The notes under the pieces: model-generated
Told to the model about the DNA's origin: nothing
What the model saw: the letters and a program-made list of their open reading frames with translations, nothing else
The model's database searches: none
Position numbers and translations under genes: made by a program
Source: Eledone cirrhosa
Lineage: Eukaryota
Direction: 5' to 3'
NCBI GenBank assembly: GCA_964016885.1
Contig: OZ024740.1
Span: forward strand, 53,010,001-53,074,000
DNA: 64,000 bases
Part shown: positions 28,130 to 42,321 of the stretch, in pieces
How the letters are laid out: the number at the start of each line of letters is the position of its first letter
How positions within the stretch are numbered: position 1 is the stretch's first letter

Positions 28130-28616
28130 GAGAGAGAGAGATGTATGATATATACATGCATTGACATATGTTTATATGCAATATATATATATATATATAT
28201 AGCATACAAACATATATCAATACATGTATATATCATATGCATTGATATGTAATTTTTATATCGTATAATTACGTAGCATTTGGGAATGAAATAATTTTTG
28301 TTACACTATTAATTTCAATGATTACACTTTGTTCAATGGTTGAATTTACAAACGTACTTGTACCACAAAATCTCTAGCCCCACCAGCACACTTCGAATAA
28401 TCTCTCGTACGGTTTGAAAGGTCTAACAAGCAACTGCTTTAGCCATGAGCAGAGTGTGATTCACAGCGGCCCGTAGCTAGTAAATGCATTTTCATTAGAA
28501 GTCCCAATTCGTCAGTCACACTAATTGAGGTTAAAGAGAAGTGTCAATGTCAAGAAAGACATTTTTTCAGCGTGGGGAAAATGTCGTGGCCCGAAGTCGT
28601 TACACACACATACACA

Positions 28617-28687
<71 letters not shown>

Positions 28688-28788
28688 GTATGTATATATG
28701 TATGTATGTGTGTGTGTATGTATGTATGGATGTATGTGTATATGTATATATATATGTATGTATGAATATATATATATGTGTGTGTGTG

Positions 28789-28824
<36 letters not shown>

Positions 28825-28979
28825 TCTCTCTCTCTATATATATATATGTATGTATGTGTGTATGTATATATATATGTATGGATGTATGTTCTATGATCAG
28901 CGAAAATCCGCGAAACTCAGAGTAGCAACGGAGAGTATTATAAAGGGCACCTTTTCGCGTGTTTGTCAACTGAAATGTA

Positions 28980-29020
<41 letters not shown>

Positions 29021-29035
29021 TAGATATATATTTGA

Positions 29036-29093
<58 letters not shown>

Positions 29094-29397
29094 CTATATA
29101 TACACTTATATCCATATATCCATACACACACGCACATATATATATACATGTATACACATATATATATATGCGAATGTTTGAATAAAATATCATAAGCAAT
29201 TGCTCAGAGAGAGAGAGAGAAAGAGAGAGATAGAAATAGAGAGAGAGACAGACAAACACACGCACACACATACACAAATGATGTGTGTGTGTTGTTTGAT
29301 TACGTATGTGTGTATACGTACATATTCATTTATATTTGTATATACATACATATATATATACGTGTGTGTCTGTATGTGTATAATGCACATATACAAT

Positions 29398-29449
<52 letters not shown>

Positions 29450-30245
29450 CCCTTCAGACTATATTAATTCTACTAGACCACTCTTGACACAAACCACTGC
29501 TTCATTCGCAGCTGATGTGTTTAAGCCAGGCCTGAGTGAAAATAAGTAGCAATTAGTGCAGATGGACTAAGGCCAGGTTGGAACACATACCTAGCAGGTA
29601 ATGTTGAATTAATGGAGGTGGGTCAGTAGAAGAGGAGATGGAGGGGGAACGCACTAAAATTTTGCTCTGAGTGCAACGAAAAGAAAAATGGAAAGATCTC
29701 AGGGTAAGATATTCACTGGAACCAAATTACAGGAGAACTCGTGTAACATTTAAGTGTAGCATCAATGGCATCACTGTTAAATTGTCAGCATAGTTAAATA
29801 CACACATCAGCTCTCATACACATCCAGTCGTACGTAATTATTCACACACACACACATACACACACACAACACATACGCTCAACAACGACACATACGCACA
29901 CACAGAGACATATATATATATATACACACAAGCAAACATGATTAATTTTTCTTTAATACACGGACACAATTTCACGCATATTTATCCAACAAATCTGAAT
30001 GCAAATTTTACTAATGCACACACAAACATACACACAGAAACAGACATATAGACAGACATACAGACACACACACACACACACATGACCACCACACACGAAC
30101 ACACATACATATGCACAGTTATATAAACAGATTCATATTCAAGTGAACTCGTAAATGAGGTTGAATGGTTTTTCATTATTCTCTAATGGCTATATATAGT
30201 TATTAAAACTTATGGTATAATCTGAATATGTGCGCAAACATCACT

Positions 30246-30297
<52 letters not shown>

Positions 30298-31213
30298 CGA
30301 GGTGTGTCAGAAAAGTTCTAGGACTGATGTCACAAAAGATTTATTTCAAACCCAAACTTCACACTAAGAGTTTTCTCCTTCAAAGTAATCCCCCTGGAGT
30401 CTAATGCACTTTTCCATCCTTTTCTGCCACGCTTGCATGCACTCCTGGAAGGATTCTTCCGGGATTCTCCGCAGTTCCGTCGTCACGGCCTTTTTGATGT
30501 CGTCCATGTCTTCCAAACGGGTCCCCTCCGGGTCGTACTCGATGATCCATGACTCATCACCGGTGATGACTGTCCCTAGCATGTCTGGTTCGGTTTCAAG
30601 ATGCTCGAGGATGTCCTGGCACACTTGCATGCGTCGACCCTTCTGCTCATCGTTCAGCAGTTTTGGCACCATCTTCGCGCAGACTTTCCGCATGTCCAAA
30701 TCTCCAGTGAGAATCTTACAGACGCTGTCCCGATTCATGCCCAGCTCATTTGCCATCAGTCGAACAGTCAGTCGACGATCGCTACGCACCATCTGCCTGA
30801 CGTGCTCAACGTTGACCTCAGTCCTGGTTGATGAGGGCCTTCCACTCCTGGGGTCATCTTCCACGTCCTCGCGTCCTTCTTTAAACCTCTTGCACCACTC
30901 AAAAACACGTGAGCGTGACATCGTCTCATCTCCATACACTTGGTGCAGCAATCCCAGTGCTTCTGGCGGAGTTTTCCCGAACGGTACCAGAAACTTCAAG
31001 TTTGTTCGTTGCTCTGTGCTCATTGCTTGACGACCTGAAACAGAGGACATGTATATGAAATTATGAAGAAAATTTTGATCGCTGCAGAGAGCTAAGATAA
31101 GAGTTACATACTCCCGGGGGATTTACTTTGAAGGAGAAAACACTTAGTGTGAAGTTTGGGTTTGAAATAAATCTTTTGTGACATCAGTCCTGGAACTTTT
31201 CTGACAGACCTCG
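30298..31213 (-). mobile_element. Internally deleted mariner element with ~97-bp extended TIRs
   Basis: TA|CGAGGTGTGTCAGAAAAGTTC ... GAACTTTTCTGACAGACCTCG|TA; mariner transposase motifs inside. Confidence 0.93.
30364..31050 (-). CDS. Truncated mariner transposase (HTH domains intact, catalytic core deleted in frame)
   Basis: EWCKRFKEGREDVEDDPRSGRP, KVCAKMVPKLL, TGDESWIIEYDPE fused directly to GTRLEDMDDIK...GDYFEG; second D and the YSPDL motif are absent. Expression unknown. Confidence 0.7.
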   Translation of the reverse strand: MSSVSGRQAMSTEQRTNLKFLVPFGKTPPEALGLLHQVYGDETMSRSRVFEWCKRFKEGREDVEDDPRSGRPSSTRTEVNVEHVRQMVRSDRRLTVRLMANELGMNRDSVCKILTGDLDMRKVCAKMVPKLLNDEQKGRRMQVCQDILEHLETEPDMLGTVITGDESWIIEYDPEGTRLEDMDDIKKAVTTELRRIPEESFQECMQAWQKRMEKCIRLQGDYFEGENS

Positions 31214-31232
31214 TATATACACACACACACAC

Positions 31233-31306
<74 letters not shown>

Positions 31307-32291
31307 GTATATCTCTATTGTATATATACATATATATGTATATATATATGTATATATATATGTATATACATCACCCAAGAACAGTTACAATCGAATATCT
31401 TAATATCGGATTTACTATTTCTTTGTTAGTGATGTTTAATAGACAGAAACTTATAGAATTAATCTTGTATGATTACGTCATTATTTTTGTAAACCCCATC
31501 ATCACTGCCCCCCCCCCACACACACACTCTCTCTTACACACACACACATACACTTTCTTACACACACATACACATGTGCGCGCATAAACATACACACATT
31601 TCCTAAGCCTGTGTCAAAATGAAGGTGGTACATTGTAAATATGAAATATTTGCAATTTTCCATTAATCCTATGAAATACATTGAAAGTATAAGTTTTAAA
31701 TGATATGTAAATTATGACATAACTCTAATTTTCATCCATTTATTAATCTACGAAAGAAATTTATCATACACAAAAAGAAATATCGTTGTTTAGATCTGCA
31801 ATATGTTTATCATCCTCTCAGAATTAGTATATTTTAATTGTTTAAATAATAGAAATTTATTTTTATTATTTTTGTCAAATGTGTATGAAAGCAGAAAATT
31901 TAAACAACTTTACACATTGTTTCTACTATAATTACGCACTGAAAACTTTGTTTATTATCGGTATTAATATTTTGCAAAGATCAAATTATTTGTTTTAGGA
32001 TTGGGGATATTATAAATTAGAAACGAAGATATTAACACTTTTTCTTTCAGTTTGCAATAACTAAAGTAATGCACAAAGAGGTTAATCTGTAAACAAAGCC
32101 ATATCATTCCTCTTTAGTAAACTGTTTGTTTATTTGCCTGTGTCTATGTACTTCTGAACAGGTTAAGTCTCATAGAAGAGCCATTCCATGTCAAAGAAGC
32201 TATTTTGATTCAAACGAAATGGTGATATAAATACATGTTTATATTGATATTTGAGAAACAGCTTAGAGGCTTTTTTCTATTTTTTATCCCC

Positions 32292-32371
<80 letters not shown>

Positions 32372-32847
32372 ACATTAAGATTGCTTCAATATGAATTCAT
32401 ATAACATTTTAGGTGATTGAAATTTTTGTAATTTGTTTTCAGTAATAAAAATTCCCACTTCATATATAGTTTACCTTTATTTTGTTTTTTGTGAACTTAA
32501 CAATGAATGTTTGTAGAAACACTCAAATATTTTGAGTAAATAGGATATACAAATTTTCCAAAAAATAGGCAAATAATATTTGTAGCCCTATTTGGAATTA
32601 ATTTGTGAAATGTTTAAAAAAAAATTCATTTGTGTATTTGTACATCAAATGAGTGCGTTCGTAAACAATTAAAGCTAACGAGACACAACAAATAACGTGT
32701 ATTTGATTTAACTTAAACCCCTCATCGCAGGCATAGTTGTATGGTAAATGAATTCGTTTCTCAACGCGTTGATTCTTGGTTCGATGCCACCCCGCAGCAT
32801 CATGTCAGAAGTAATAGGCAAATAGAAACTTTTTTTCTACATTTATA

Positions 32848-33203
32848 TAATTGTTTCTACATTTGGCACAAGGCCAGCAATTATCGCAGTGCATTACTGG
32901 TACTTTATTTTATCGACCCCGAAGGATGAAAGGCAAAGTTAACCTCGGCGGGATTTGAACTCAGACCGTAAACGGGCGTAACTATACTGGCCTTCTATCG
33001 CTACTGCCAACCAACCGCCCATATATATAATTGTTTCTACTTTAGACACAAGGCCAGCAATTACCCAGTGTATTACTGGTACTTTATTTTATCGACCCCG
33101 TAAGGATGAAAGGCAAAGTCAACCTCGGCGGGATTTGAACTCAGATCGTAAAGGGACGTAACTATGGCGTCCGACCCTCTACCGATACTGCCAATCCACC
33201 GCC
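32848..33203 (-). mobile_element. Two tandem family A SINEs
   Basis: Copies 32848-33020 and 33028-33203. Confidence 0.85.
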
Positions 33204-33241
33204 ATATATATATATATAATGTATGTATGTTTGTGTGTATG

Positions 33242-33843
33242 TCACCAGTTGGTGCTACTGGTAACATGTATCCCAGTACAACCTGTCTCATGGTCGGGTC
33301 GTTGGCGACTAAACTGGCAACTCCACCAAGGTTTCTTGGTGAGGAGGGTGACTTTGGACATCCTGCAGGACTAAAAACAAAACCTGTCAAAGAGCAAAGG
33401 AGCTCTTAAGAGTCCATGGCCATCCAAAATCACAAGGAGAGATGACCCCTTAGCCTTTGTCAAGGCAGAATTCTAGGAGAAGGAAAACTCTGATATAACA
33501 CCTGCAACCCTGATGGTATCCAATGATGTTGACTTGTTCTTCTTTTTGGTAAATATCATCTTGGTTAAGAGAGTGGGACTGGCTTTGTGCAGTGCCTTTG
33601 CTCACTATAAAAGCTTCACGGCACAGGCATTGCTTTATATCTGGAGATCTCTCTGTACTTGTCGTCACATGGTACCTGGGCCCAGCACTATGTGTCAATA
33701 TTTGTCACAAGTGTAGTGTTTGTACCAGAGTTTTCAAGTCGCTGGCTGAACTAAAAAGTCACACTCGTTCAGCGCATCAGTAGGGGTTCTCCTACATGGA
33801 TATAAAGTAGTGGCCGTACTCGAAAACGAGTTGGCAGCCACCA
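33242..33843 (+). mobile_element. Non-autonomous bipartite RTE-derived retroelement (~600 bp)
   Basis: RTE-like 5'UTR motif GGAGAAGGAAAACTCTG; C2H2 remnant CSVCTRVFKSLAELKSHTRSAH; (ATGT)n tail; close copy at 58158-58752. Confidence 0.75.
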
Positions 33844-34379
33844 TGTATGTATGTATGTATGTATGTATGTATGTATGTATGTATGTATGTATGTATGTTT
33901 GTATTATGTATGTATGTATGTATGTTTGTATGTATGTATGTATGTATGTATGCATGTAATGTATGTATTTATGTTTGTATGTCTTTATGCATGTATGTAT
34001 GTATATAACCTTCATCAATATAGATCGACGAACGATGGAAACATCTGATGAAGAAATATGTTAAATCAATGTCTTTGAACGAAGCAACTCATAGTGTTTA
34101 TTTCGTCAGAATTTTACTGTAAATGCAGTGCTTGGTCCGTTGCAAACCTACAATGAACGACATTATCCTTAACAAAATTCGATATATAATAAACAAATGA
34201 ATTACGGTCAGTATATGATTCTTAAGTGACAACTATGATTGCTAATGGCTTGTAGTGAGACTGTGAAGGTTAATTGTAGTATGAATAAAATATGAACATA
34301 TATTAAACTGAAATAAATTCAATCGACTTTACTAATCCCCCCACTAAAAAAGAATTATAATAAAATCAACAAATTATCT

Positions 34380-34590
34380 ATTGGTTTCTGATCTAGGCAC
34401 AACGCCAACACTTTTGGAGAAGGGAAAAGTGGTTTAAATAGACCCCAGTGCATTAATGGTACTTCATTTTATCGAGCCCATAAGCCAAAGCTAACCTCGT
34501 CAGGATTTGAACTCAGATCGTAAAGGGCCGTAATTCTGTGTCATAAAGCATGTTGCCCGATGCTCCACTTATACTGCCAATCCACCGTCC
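34380..34590 (-). mobile_element. Diverged family A SINE
   Basis: GGATTTGAACTCAGA (box B on -) and ACTGCCAATCCACCG. Confidence 0.75.
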
Positions 34591-35281
34591 TGATATGGTT
34601 GGCATGTAATTGTATTCATAGGAATAACTATTTAACTTCGACACAATATATTCAGTATCCTGATTATCGTGTGGATGACTACAGAAATACTGAATATAAC
34701 TTGATATGAACTGGCGTCCTCTTCAATTACAATAAGTCAAAATATAAAACAACTAAACCATAAGAGAATGACTGCGAAAAATGTCTGAGTTTTCACCTTT
34801 GCCTTCATTGTCAAAAATTGATGAGAATTAATAATTTAACTGATGCCTTTTCCATCCTAATACGGGCGTGAATTTAACAAATACAATATATTTTGGTTAC
34901 TACATTGAGTATGTTAACAGCTACTTATCTAAACAATGTTAGCCGTTTAATCAGCGATGCTCATGTTGATGTTAAATAAATTTCCAACAAACGTGAATTT
35001 AAAAGTTACTGTTCTTGAATAAAATTTAAGTACCTCTCAACACAACATGGCATTTTACTTTCAAGTTTTGCTCGCTGCTATTTGATTCCGTATACGTCAA
35101 TCTATAATTCGACTGTTTCTGAAGTTAATATCATTAATTTATCTCCGTTGAAGGATATTGCTAAAATGCAGTCATCAGATGTATCATTGTAAGTTACATA
35201 ATCAGTAATTATAGTACCTATTATAGCAGGACATCGGAAAAAATACGGTATCTCTTCTTCTTCTTCTTCTTCTTCTTCTTC

Positions 35282-35780
35282 TCAGAGATACTTGAACTCC
35301 TCCACCTGCTTCAGTGGAACTCCATTCACATGTAGAGTGCACTGCCCATGTTTCCTTGTGAGGACGAGTGCCCCAGTTTTAGCGGGGCAGATTTTTATTC
35401 CAGCCATGCAGCACTCGGCATCCAACCTATCTAGTGCAAGTCGGAGATCACTTTCTCTCGAATTAAGTAACACCATGTTGTCTGCAAATTCCAGCCGACT
35501 GATTTTACACCTGCCACTCGAGATAATACTTCCAACCCAGCTGCGCATGTCAATTCTGTTCATGAAAATAATGACCAGGAAAGGTGACAGTATGCACCCT
35601 TGGCGGAGTCCGACTCCCATATTGAATGGTTTCGATTTAACACCATTTATGCGAACACAAATACTCGGGCATTCGTATAGAAACATCGGGACAACATGAA
35701 GCGGACCATCGATCCCATACTCCTGCAGAATCTTCCACAGGTACCAAGGAACGCTGTAATATGCCTTTTCGAATTTCACA
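35282..35780 (-). mobile_element. RTE-like reverse transcriptase fragment
   Basis: FEKAYYSVP, VGLRQGCILSPFL, LEFADNMVL, LKQVEEFKYL. Confidence 0.85.
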
Positions 35781-37383
35781 AAACAAGAAAATACCTCTGC
35801 GATATATTGTGCAATTTATTGTATTAATGTTCCGAATTAGAATAGAACTAGGTTCGAATTTACTCAACTTCACGAAGGAATCGGTACAATATACCAGAAA
35901 TATAGTGTGGTTAAGCTACTTGAAAATATTTCCGATTGCATATCTTGCACTAAAAGAAAAAACAAAACAATGTTTGTGAAAAAAATCATTATCAACCTTG
36001 TTGGAATCATTATTGTGGTCGTTTTAATCACGGACTCTCCCGTTATCGTATGCATCATTGTCTCTTTTGTTAGCCTTCTTTGTTCTATCTGCCTGTTGCC
36101 TTTTTCTCAGAAAAAGAACATAAAAAACAACAAATATAAATGAATTACAGGCATTGCTGTTTTCTGCAGGCAACCGTTCTTAAATTAGCATCCTCAACTA
36201 CACGATGAATCAACATCTATGCTAACAAAGCTGTCTCACATAAGTTGGGTATTCACGCAAAGAATAGAAGCAGTAAAAAATGCATCAATCCTTCGTTGGA
36301 TCGCATAAGAAATCTGACATGGCGGAAACACTTCTTTCTGCCACCAACAACAGACAGAGTGTTTCGGAAATGGTTTATTAGCTTTTTCTTGCTCGATTAC
36401 ACAAAAAGTGTCGTATCACGATTCAGAAAGCACAGTTTACAATTGTTACAAAACAAAATATAGAACACAACTACAAGAAATAATTTCAGAAATCCATTTA
36501 CAGATAATTGGCTTTGAAAATTCCCGCTTCCTGTCGAACCAGTTTGAATTAACGTAATGCTGAGCAATTGGTAACTAAGATTGGCTAGCTGTTCGTGAAA
36601 TACACTTAGGAACTCATTCATTTGTTAAAAAAAATCTACGTGAATCGATGGTGGTTTCCTAAATGTTTAATGACATAGATCACCGAGGGCACAACGAGAT
36701 AGTGTTATTTCAGAGGTAAAAAGTTAAACTAAATATTCTACGATTGCATGTTCGGTGTATTAGATCATCTTCATAATCTACTGAAATAAACTTTACTTTT
36801 CACAGACCTTTCTGGTAAAATGAATAGTAAAATAAGTTTTATATATCAACTAAGCTAGACATGAAAACTCTACCTGAATCTGATTTTATGAATTTGTGTA
36901 ATAAATTCTAAAATAAGTATCTAATTCCTTTTAACTGAGAATCAAAAATATTACGTACATGCTTGATTTAGCTAGGTATATTCCTCCTCGATAGAGTTTT
37001 TATTTATTTTAAAAATGAACAAATGGTTTCGGATACGGTATTGTAATGTCCACACTAGTTTTAAGAATCGTAACCGTTTAACTATAAGGAAGAAAGTGAC
37101 TCTATCCACTGGGATATTACATGTTCTATTACTCTCATTATGTCGATATAACATTTTGATTTCTTATGTACAATCATTATTGGAAGCTTATAACGAAATC
37201 AAGATTCAGCCATCACCCCTCCCCACACATATATATATATATATATATATAACAACAATGTTTGACGTAGAAGCCTAGGCGTGATAAGAATGAAGTATAA
37301 AAACATTTCTATTATCCACTCTATACAGAGAAAGCGTGGGTAACATATATCTATATCTACATATCTCTCTCTCTCTCTCTCTC

Positions 37384-37612
<229 letters not shown>

Positions 37613-37616
37613 GGTG

Positions 37617-37889
37617 TGGAAGCACATGGCCTAGTGGTAAGGGTGTTGGACTTACAATCATAATGTCGTGGGTTCGATTCCTGGGTTGCTGTGTTCTTGA
37701 GAAAAATACTTCATTTCATGTTGCTTCAGTATACTCAGCTGAAAATGAGTACCAGCAATCGCTGGAGGTTTAACCCTGCGATAAACTGGCGTCCTGTCCA
37801 GGGGGGGGGGGAGTCTTGTATTCTCAGTCGCTTCACACCATGAAACCGGGATAAGCACGGGCCATGAGCCTCCTGGCTTAAGACAGACT
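37617..37889 (+). mobile_element. tRNA-derived SINE (CORE-like body)
   Basis: Box A TGGCCTAGTGG, box B GGTTCGATTCC, TGTGTTCTTGAG, CCCTGCGATAAACTGGCGTCCTGTCCAGGGG. Confidence 0.8.
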
Positions 37890-37925
37890 ATATGTGTGTG
37901 TGCAGATATATGTATATAAATATTA

Positions 37926-37959
<34 letters not shown>

Positions 37960-38158
37960 TATATATATACAGACGTTTTCGATCACAGGTTATCAAAAGA
38001 CTGCCAACTGAACTTCTCATAACAAATCGCTGAATTCAATAGTTTTTCAATAGTTTTCGACATGAACGGGCCTGCTTTTTTTCTCCAATAACTTATTTCG
38101 TTTCTTCTATTGCTCATTCTCCTGTTTGTTTCTATTTCTTCTTTAATTTCTCACTCTA

Positions 38159-38194
38159 TTTTCTGATGAAGAACTACCGTTTGAAACGTTAAGA
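38159..38194 (+). ncRNA. Minimal type I hammerhead ribozyme
   Basis: TTTT CTGATGA A GAAC TACC GTTT GAAA C GTT AAGA; palindromic AACGTT in place of stem III. Confidence 0.65.
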
Positions 38195-38247
38195 CTCTTT
38201 TCCTACTATATCAAGCGTGTCATTTGCTTTGTTAGTTCTGTTTACAT

Positions 38248-38279
<32 letters not shown>

Positions 38280-38334
38280 AATATATATATATGGAATGTA
38301 GCAAAGTAACATACGAGTTGATGTATATAAACAA

Positions 38335-38830
38335 ATAATTATTTCTTCTTTTGGCACAAGGCCATCAAATACCCAGTGTATTACTGGTACTTTATTTTAA
38401 AGGCAAAGTTAACCTCGGCGGGATTTGAACTCAGAATGGCAAGGGATGTAACTCTATGCGTCAAAGCATGGCGTCCGACCCTCTACCGTTACTGCCAATT
38501 CACTGCCTGTATATAAACAAATAATAAAAAGGAAAGTAATTTTTTTCTAGTAGAAAATGTTGGAGAGATATTTTCAATATAATATCAAAACATTTATTTA
38601 TAAAGTGGGTATTTCAGTGGATTGGCAGTATCGGTAGAGTCAGACATCATGCTTTGCAGCATAGAGTTACGGTCCTTTACGGTTTGAGTTCAAATTCCGC
38701 CGAGGTTAACTTTGCCTTTCATCCTTACGGGGTTGATAAAATAAAGTACCAATAACGTTCTAGGGTCGATTTAATCGACTTTGCCCTCCCCATAAATTAT
38801 TGGCATTGTGCCTATACTAGAAATCACTAT
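38335..38830. mobile_element. Two family A SINEs, head to head (38335-38507 -, 38617-38830 +)
   Basis: Both match consensus. Confidence 0.8.
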
Positions 38831-39441
38831 ATACATCGAATTAAATGCCTCGGTATTTATTCTAGTTTCTGCTCTCTGCGTAGAATTACACTTTATCTCT
38901 CATTCTTTCTATCAATCCAGTAATAGTTGTATGGCGGAGGATTGGAAAAATTGTTAAGGTGTCGGACACGGTGCTTTGCTTTATCATATCTATCTCTCTG
39001 CGTTCTTACTACAAATTTCATCTCTTTCTGTTAGGAGTTGCGATGGCAGATAGTATTCGGTGTGGAAAGGTGAGAGAAAACACATATTCATTAGTTCTAT
39101 CTGACGATCGGATTCTTTCTCTGTACAGGTATCACGGCACAGTTTGTTTGTGTATAAGGAAGTATAATCATTATATTCGTATGTTTTTGTCTCCTCCAGA
39201 GGAAGACAAACGTTTGTTGACTCTATTTCTATTAATACTAAACAAAGTCAATTAAAAACATTCGGACACAAAATCAGAACTATATAGCTTAAGATATATA
39301 TTTCTCCAGTTTACAATATATCATTAGAAATCCTTAAGATTCTTTTGTAACTGGCAAATTGCGTCAGTGATTTGATCGAACATTTTGACGCCTTTATATA
39401 AATTAAAAGTGAGTATAACAGTTTTTGATTGTGTGTAACTG

Positions 39442-39478
<37 letters not shown>

Positions 39479-39782
39479 TCCTGTTTTAATAGTTAAAGTG
39501 TTTCTTGTGCGATATAATTGCTTCATTTTCAACACACGTTTTCAAAACACTCCACTTGCCTAACAAGTACAACTCCAAATAAAAAGTGTTACAATATTTC
39601 CCATATCGAACATGGAAGGGTGACAGGACAAGCTTATTCTTGGCAATTACAGTTTTAGATGCTAGACGTACAAAACTAAATACCGAAAGGCATTTAGTCT
39701 GGCACTATACCCTCTGTAGCACTTCCTCTTATTGGTTTCTTATGCAGACAACATTATTCACCGATAATTATTCACTGCTTAC

Positions 39783-39899
39783 TACCCCACGGTACCAATT
39801 TACAATCAGATAACTCGTGCCAGCCAGAGTTAAGAGACTTGGCCATGTCACACAGCAAAGCAAGAACAGAAGAGTGGTTATGAAACGATGAATTTTCAT
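39783..39899 (-). CDS. Candidate first coding exon encoding a signal-peptide-like sequence
   Basis: GCCG-ATG then MKIHRFITTLLFLLCCVTWPSLLTLAGTSYLI; in-frame upstream stop; phase-0 donors GTAAAT (exon end 39804) or GTAAGC (exon end 39783). No homology recognised. Confidence 0.3.
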
Positions 39900-40915
39900 C
39901 GGCTGCAAGGCAGCCGGCCGGCGGTCTTTGTCCACTCAGCCAGCTGCGAGTCTGCAGCATTAGTTGCGGGAAGATTTCATTAGACACATATATCCTATAT
40001 TTAAGACAAACCTAGGTCATTAGGGCAATAAAGGCTCAACAACTGTAACAACTGTAACTAATTATCTCTCTCTATCAATGGTTAGAATGATAATGATGAC
40101 GGTGATTATTTCAACACTTCATTTCTTTTCTCCGCTGGCACTTAACTGCAATTTCTCCACCCACGCATGCACACACACACTCACACACTCTCTCTCTCAC
40201 ACACACACACACACACAGACATACACACACACAAACACATACATAAATACACACTAACAAACGTATATATACATCATTCCCCACCTTTTCACACCCGCTA
40301 ATATCACGTTTTCTTGTATTTTTGTATGTTGTTTTTTTTTTTAGTTATTCCGCTCCCTTTCCCTGAAAGATGGGGGGCAGCCTCCAATGATCACCACCAT
40401 AGTTTGGGTAGTTTGAACGTCAACGAGAGCGGCGCTGCCATCACGGGCAACAAAACAAAGTCTACGGGCTACAGTCGATGAGTTGAACGGACAGGGTGGG
40501 GCAACCAGATATATTTGAATGAATTCAAGTATGCCATCGGGCCCAAATAGTACTCTTTCGCATCTGATGGGCTTCCAATAATAATAAGAATAAGAAAATA
40601 CGATAGAAATAATTAAATAAACAGAGAGAAAGAAGAGCATGGAAAAGACGACAGAAAAAAAAACATGAAGGGGAAAAAAAAAAAAAAAAAAGAAGACGAC
40701 GAAGAAGAAGAAGAAGAATGTTGTGACTATGGTAAACGCTAGTAGCGACGTTGAGAGTTCACCATTGTCTGTTTCATCGTGAGGAAAAATAGAATGGGAG
40801 ATAAAAGGGCTGAGTAAAGAGAGAGGGAGGGGAGAGAGAGAGAGATGGTGGGAGATAGAGACAGAGGGCACTAAGATAGGAAAAAAAGATAAGATGTATA
40901 TAGATTAAGAGGTGC

Positions 40916-40965
<50 letters not shown>

Positions 40966-40976
40966 GGTATACATAC

Positions 40977-41019
<43 letters not shown>

Positions 41020-41069
41020 AATATTGATATATCCATATACACACACACATATATATATGTATATATATG

Positions 41070-41123
<54 letters not shown>

Positions 41124-41389
41124 TGTGTGTATATAGATATAGATATATATGTATGTATATATGTGTGTATATATATATATATATACATATGTATACATCC
41201 ATATATGCATATATATTTATATATATATATATATGTATATATACCTACATATACATACATGCATATACATACATATACATACATATACATACATATACAT
41301 ACATATATACGTATGTGTATATATATAGATGCATGTATATATATGTGGTTATATATACATGTATATGTATATTTACATACATATCTATT

Positions 41390-41444
<55 letters not shown>

Positions 41445-41638
41445 ATATATATATATATATATATATATATCCAGGTAAAACTTGAACCGTTAAGGTCTCA
41501 TTCCTGGATATGTCAATATTTCTAAAACAAAGTTTGTATTTTTTGTGATGAGAGCGTACCAAAGATTTGGTAACCTTGAAATATATATAATAGAATAAAA
41601 ATGGTTTTATAAATGTAGTTTCCATTTATTAATATCAT

Positions 41639-41691
<53 letters not shown>

Positions 41692-41692
<1 letters not shown>

Positions 41693-42321
41693 TAGCAGCA
41701 GTACCCAGCGTTGCCTGGGTAGGTAAACTAATATCTGCTTTGATGAAAAGTTGTTGATCTTAGCGACTGCTTCTCGATGACTCATCTATGGCCACACACA
41801 GGACATGCAGGGGAGGGTGGTGATGACCTCTATCACTGAGACACGCGGGTGACTGACGAAGGAACATGCGGAGGGAGGGAGTTTCGAATTTGAATTAAAT
41901 CGGTTGAAAAATGTGTGCTAGAGCCGAAAAGGCAGAAATTTGAGCGAAAAGGTGGTATTTTCGAATATTTAAACGGTTGCCACGCCGTTCCTAAACAACA
42001 CATGCAAAATATAAAGCCATTCTAGGATTTACAATGATAAATTCTATTTTGCCTTAAAATCTGAACGAAATCGGTGTCAAAATGTGGGAGCTAGAGCCAA
42101 AAATTTTATTTTTCGATACCGAAAAAAGGTGACCACCCCTATCGATTTTTATCTGCAGAATGACCCCGGAATAAAATCATGATACACTGATATATAGAAA
42201 ACACTCCCCGATGACTAATCTATGAGCCTGTAAAGTTTCATGAAAATCGGTCGTAAGATGTAGGCCCCTATAGGTAATACACAGACACAGACACACATAC
42301 TTAATTTTATATATATACAGA
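41692..42321 (-). mobile_element. Non-autonomous Helitron (second copy)
   Basis: Reverse complement of 10081-10914 with one fewer internal unit; TC...CTAG ends and subterminal hairpin present. Confidence 0.88.

Noticed and set aside
33251-33320. Twister, twister-sister or HDV assignment for the RTE head
   Set aside because: Required motifs (twister pseudoknot core, the TS UGCAAG loop, HDV P3/L3) could not be fitted in both variants.
34040-34090. CTGATGA as a hammerhead (also ~42861+, ~43055-, and CTGAAGA at ~10978+ and ~17868-)
   Set aside because: No properly placed GAAA with closing stems I and II.
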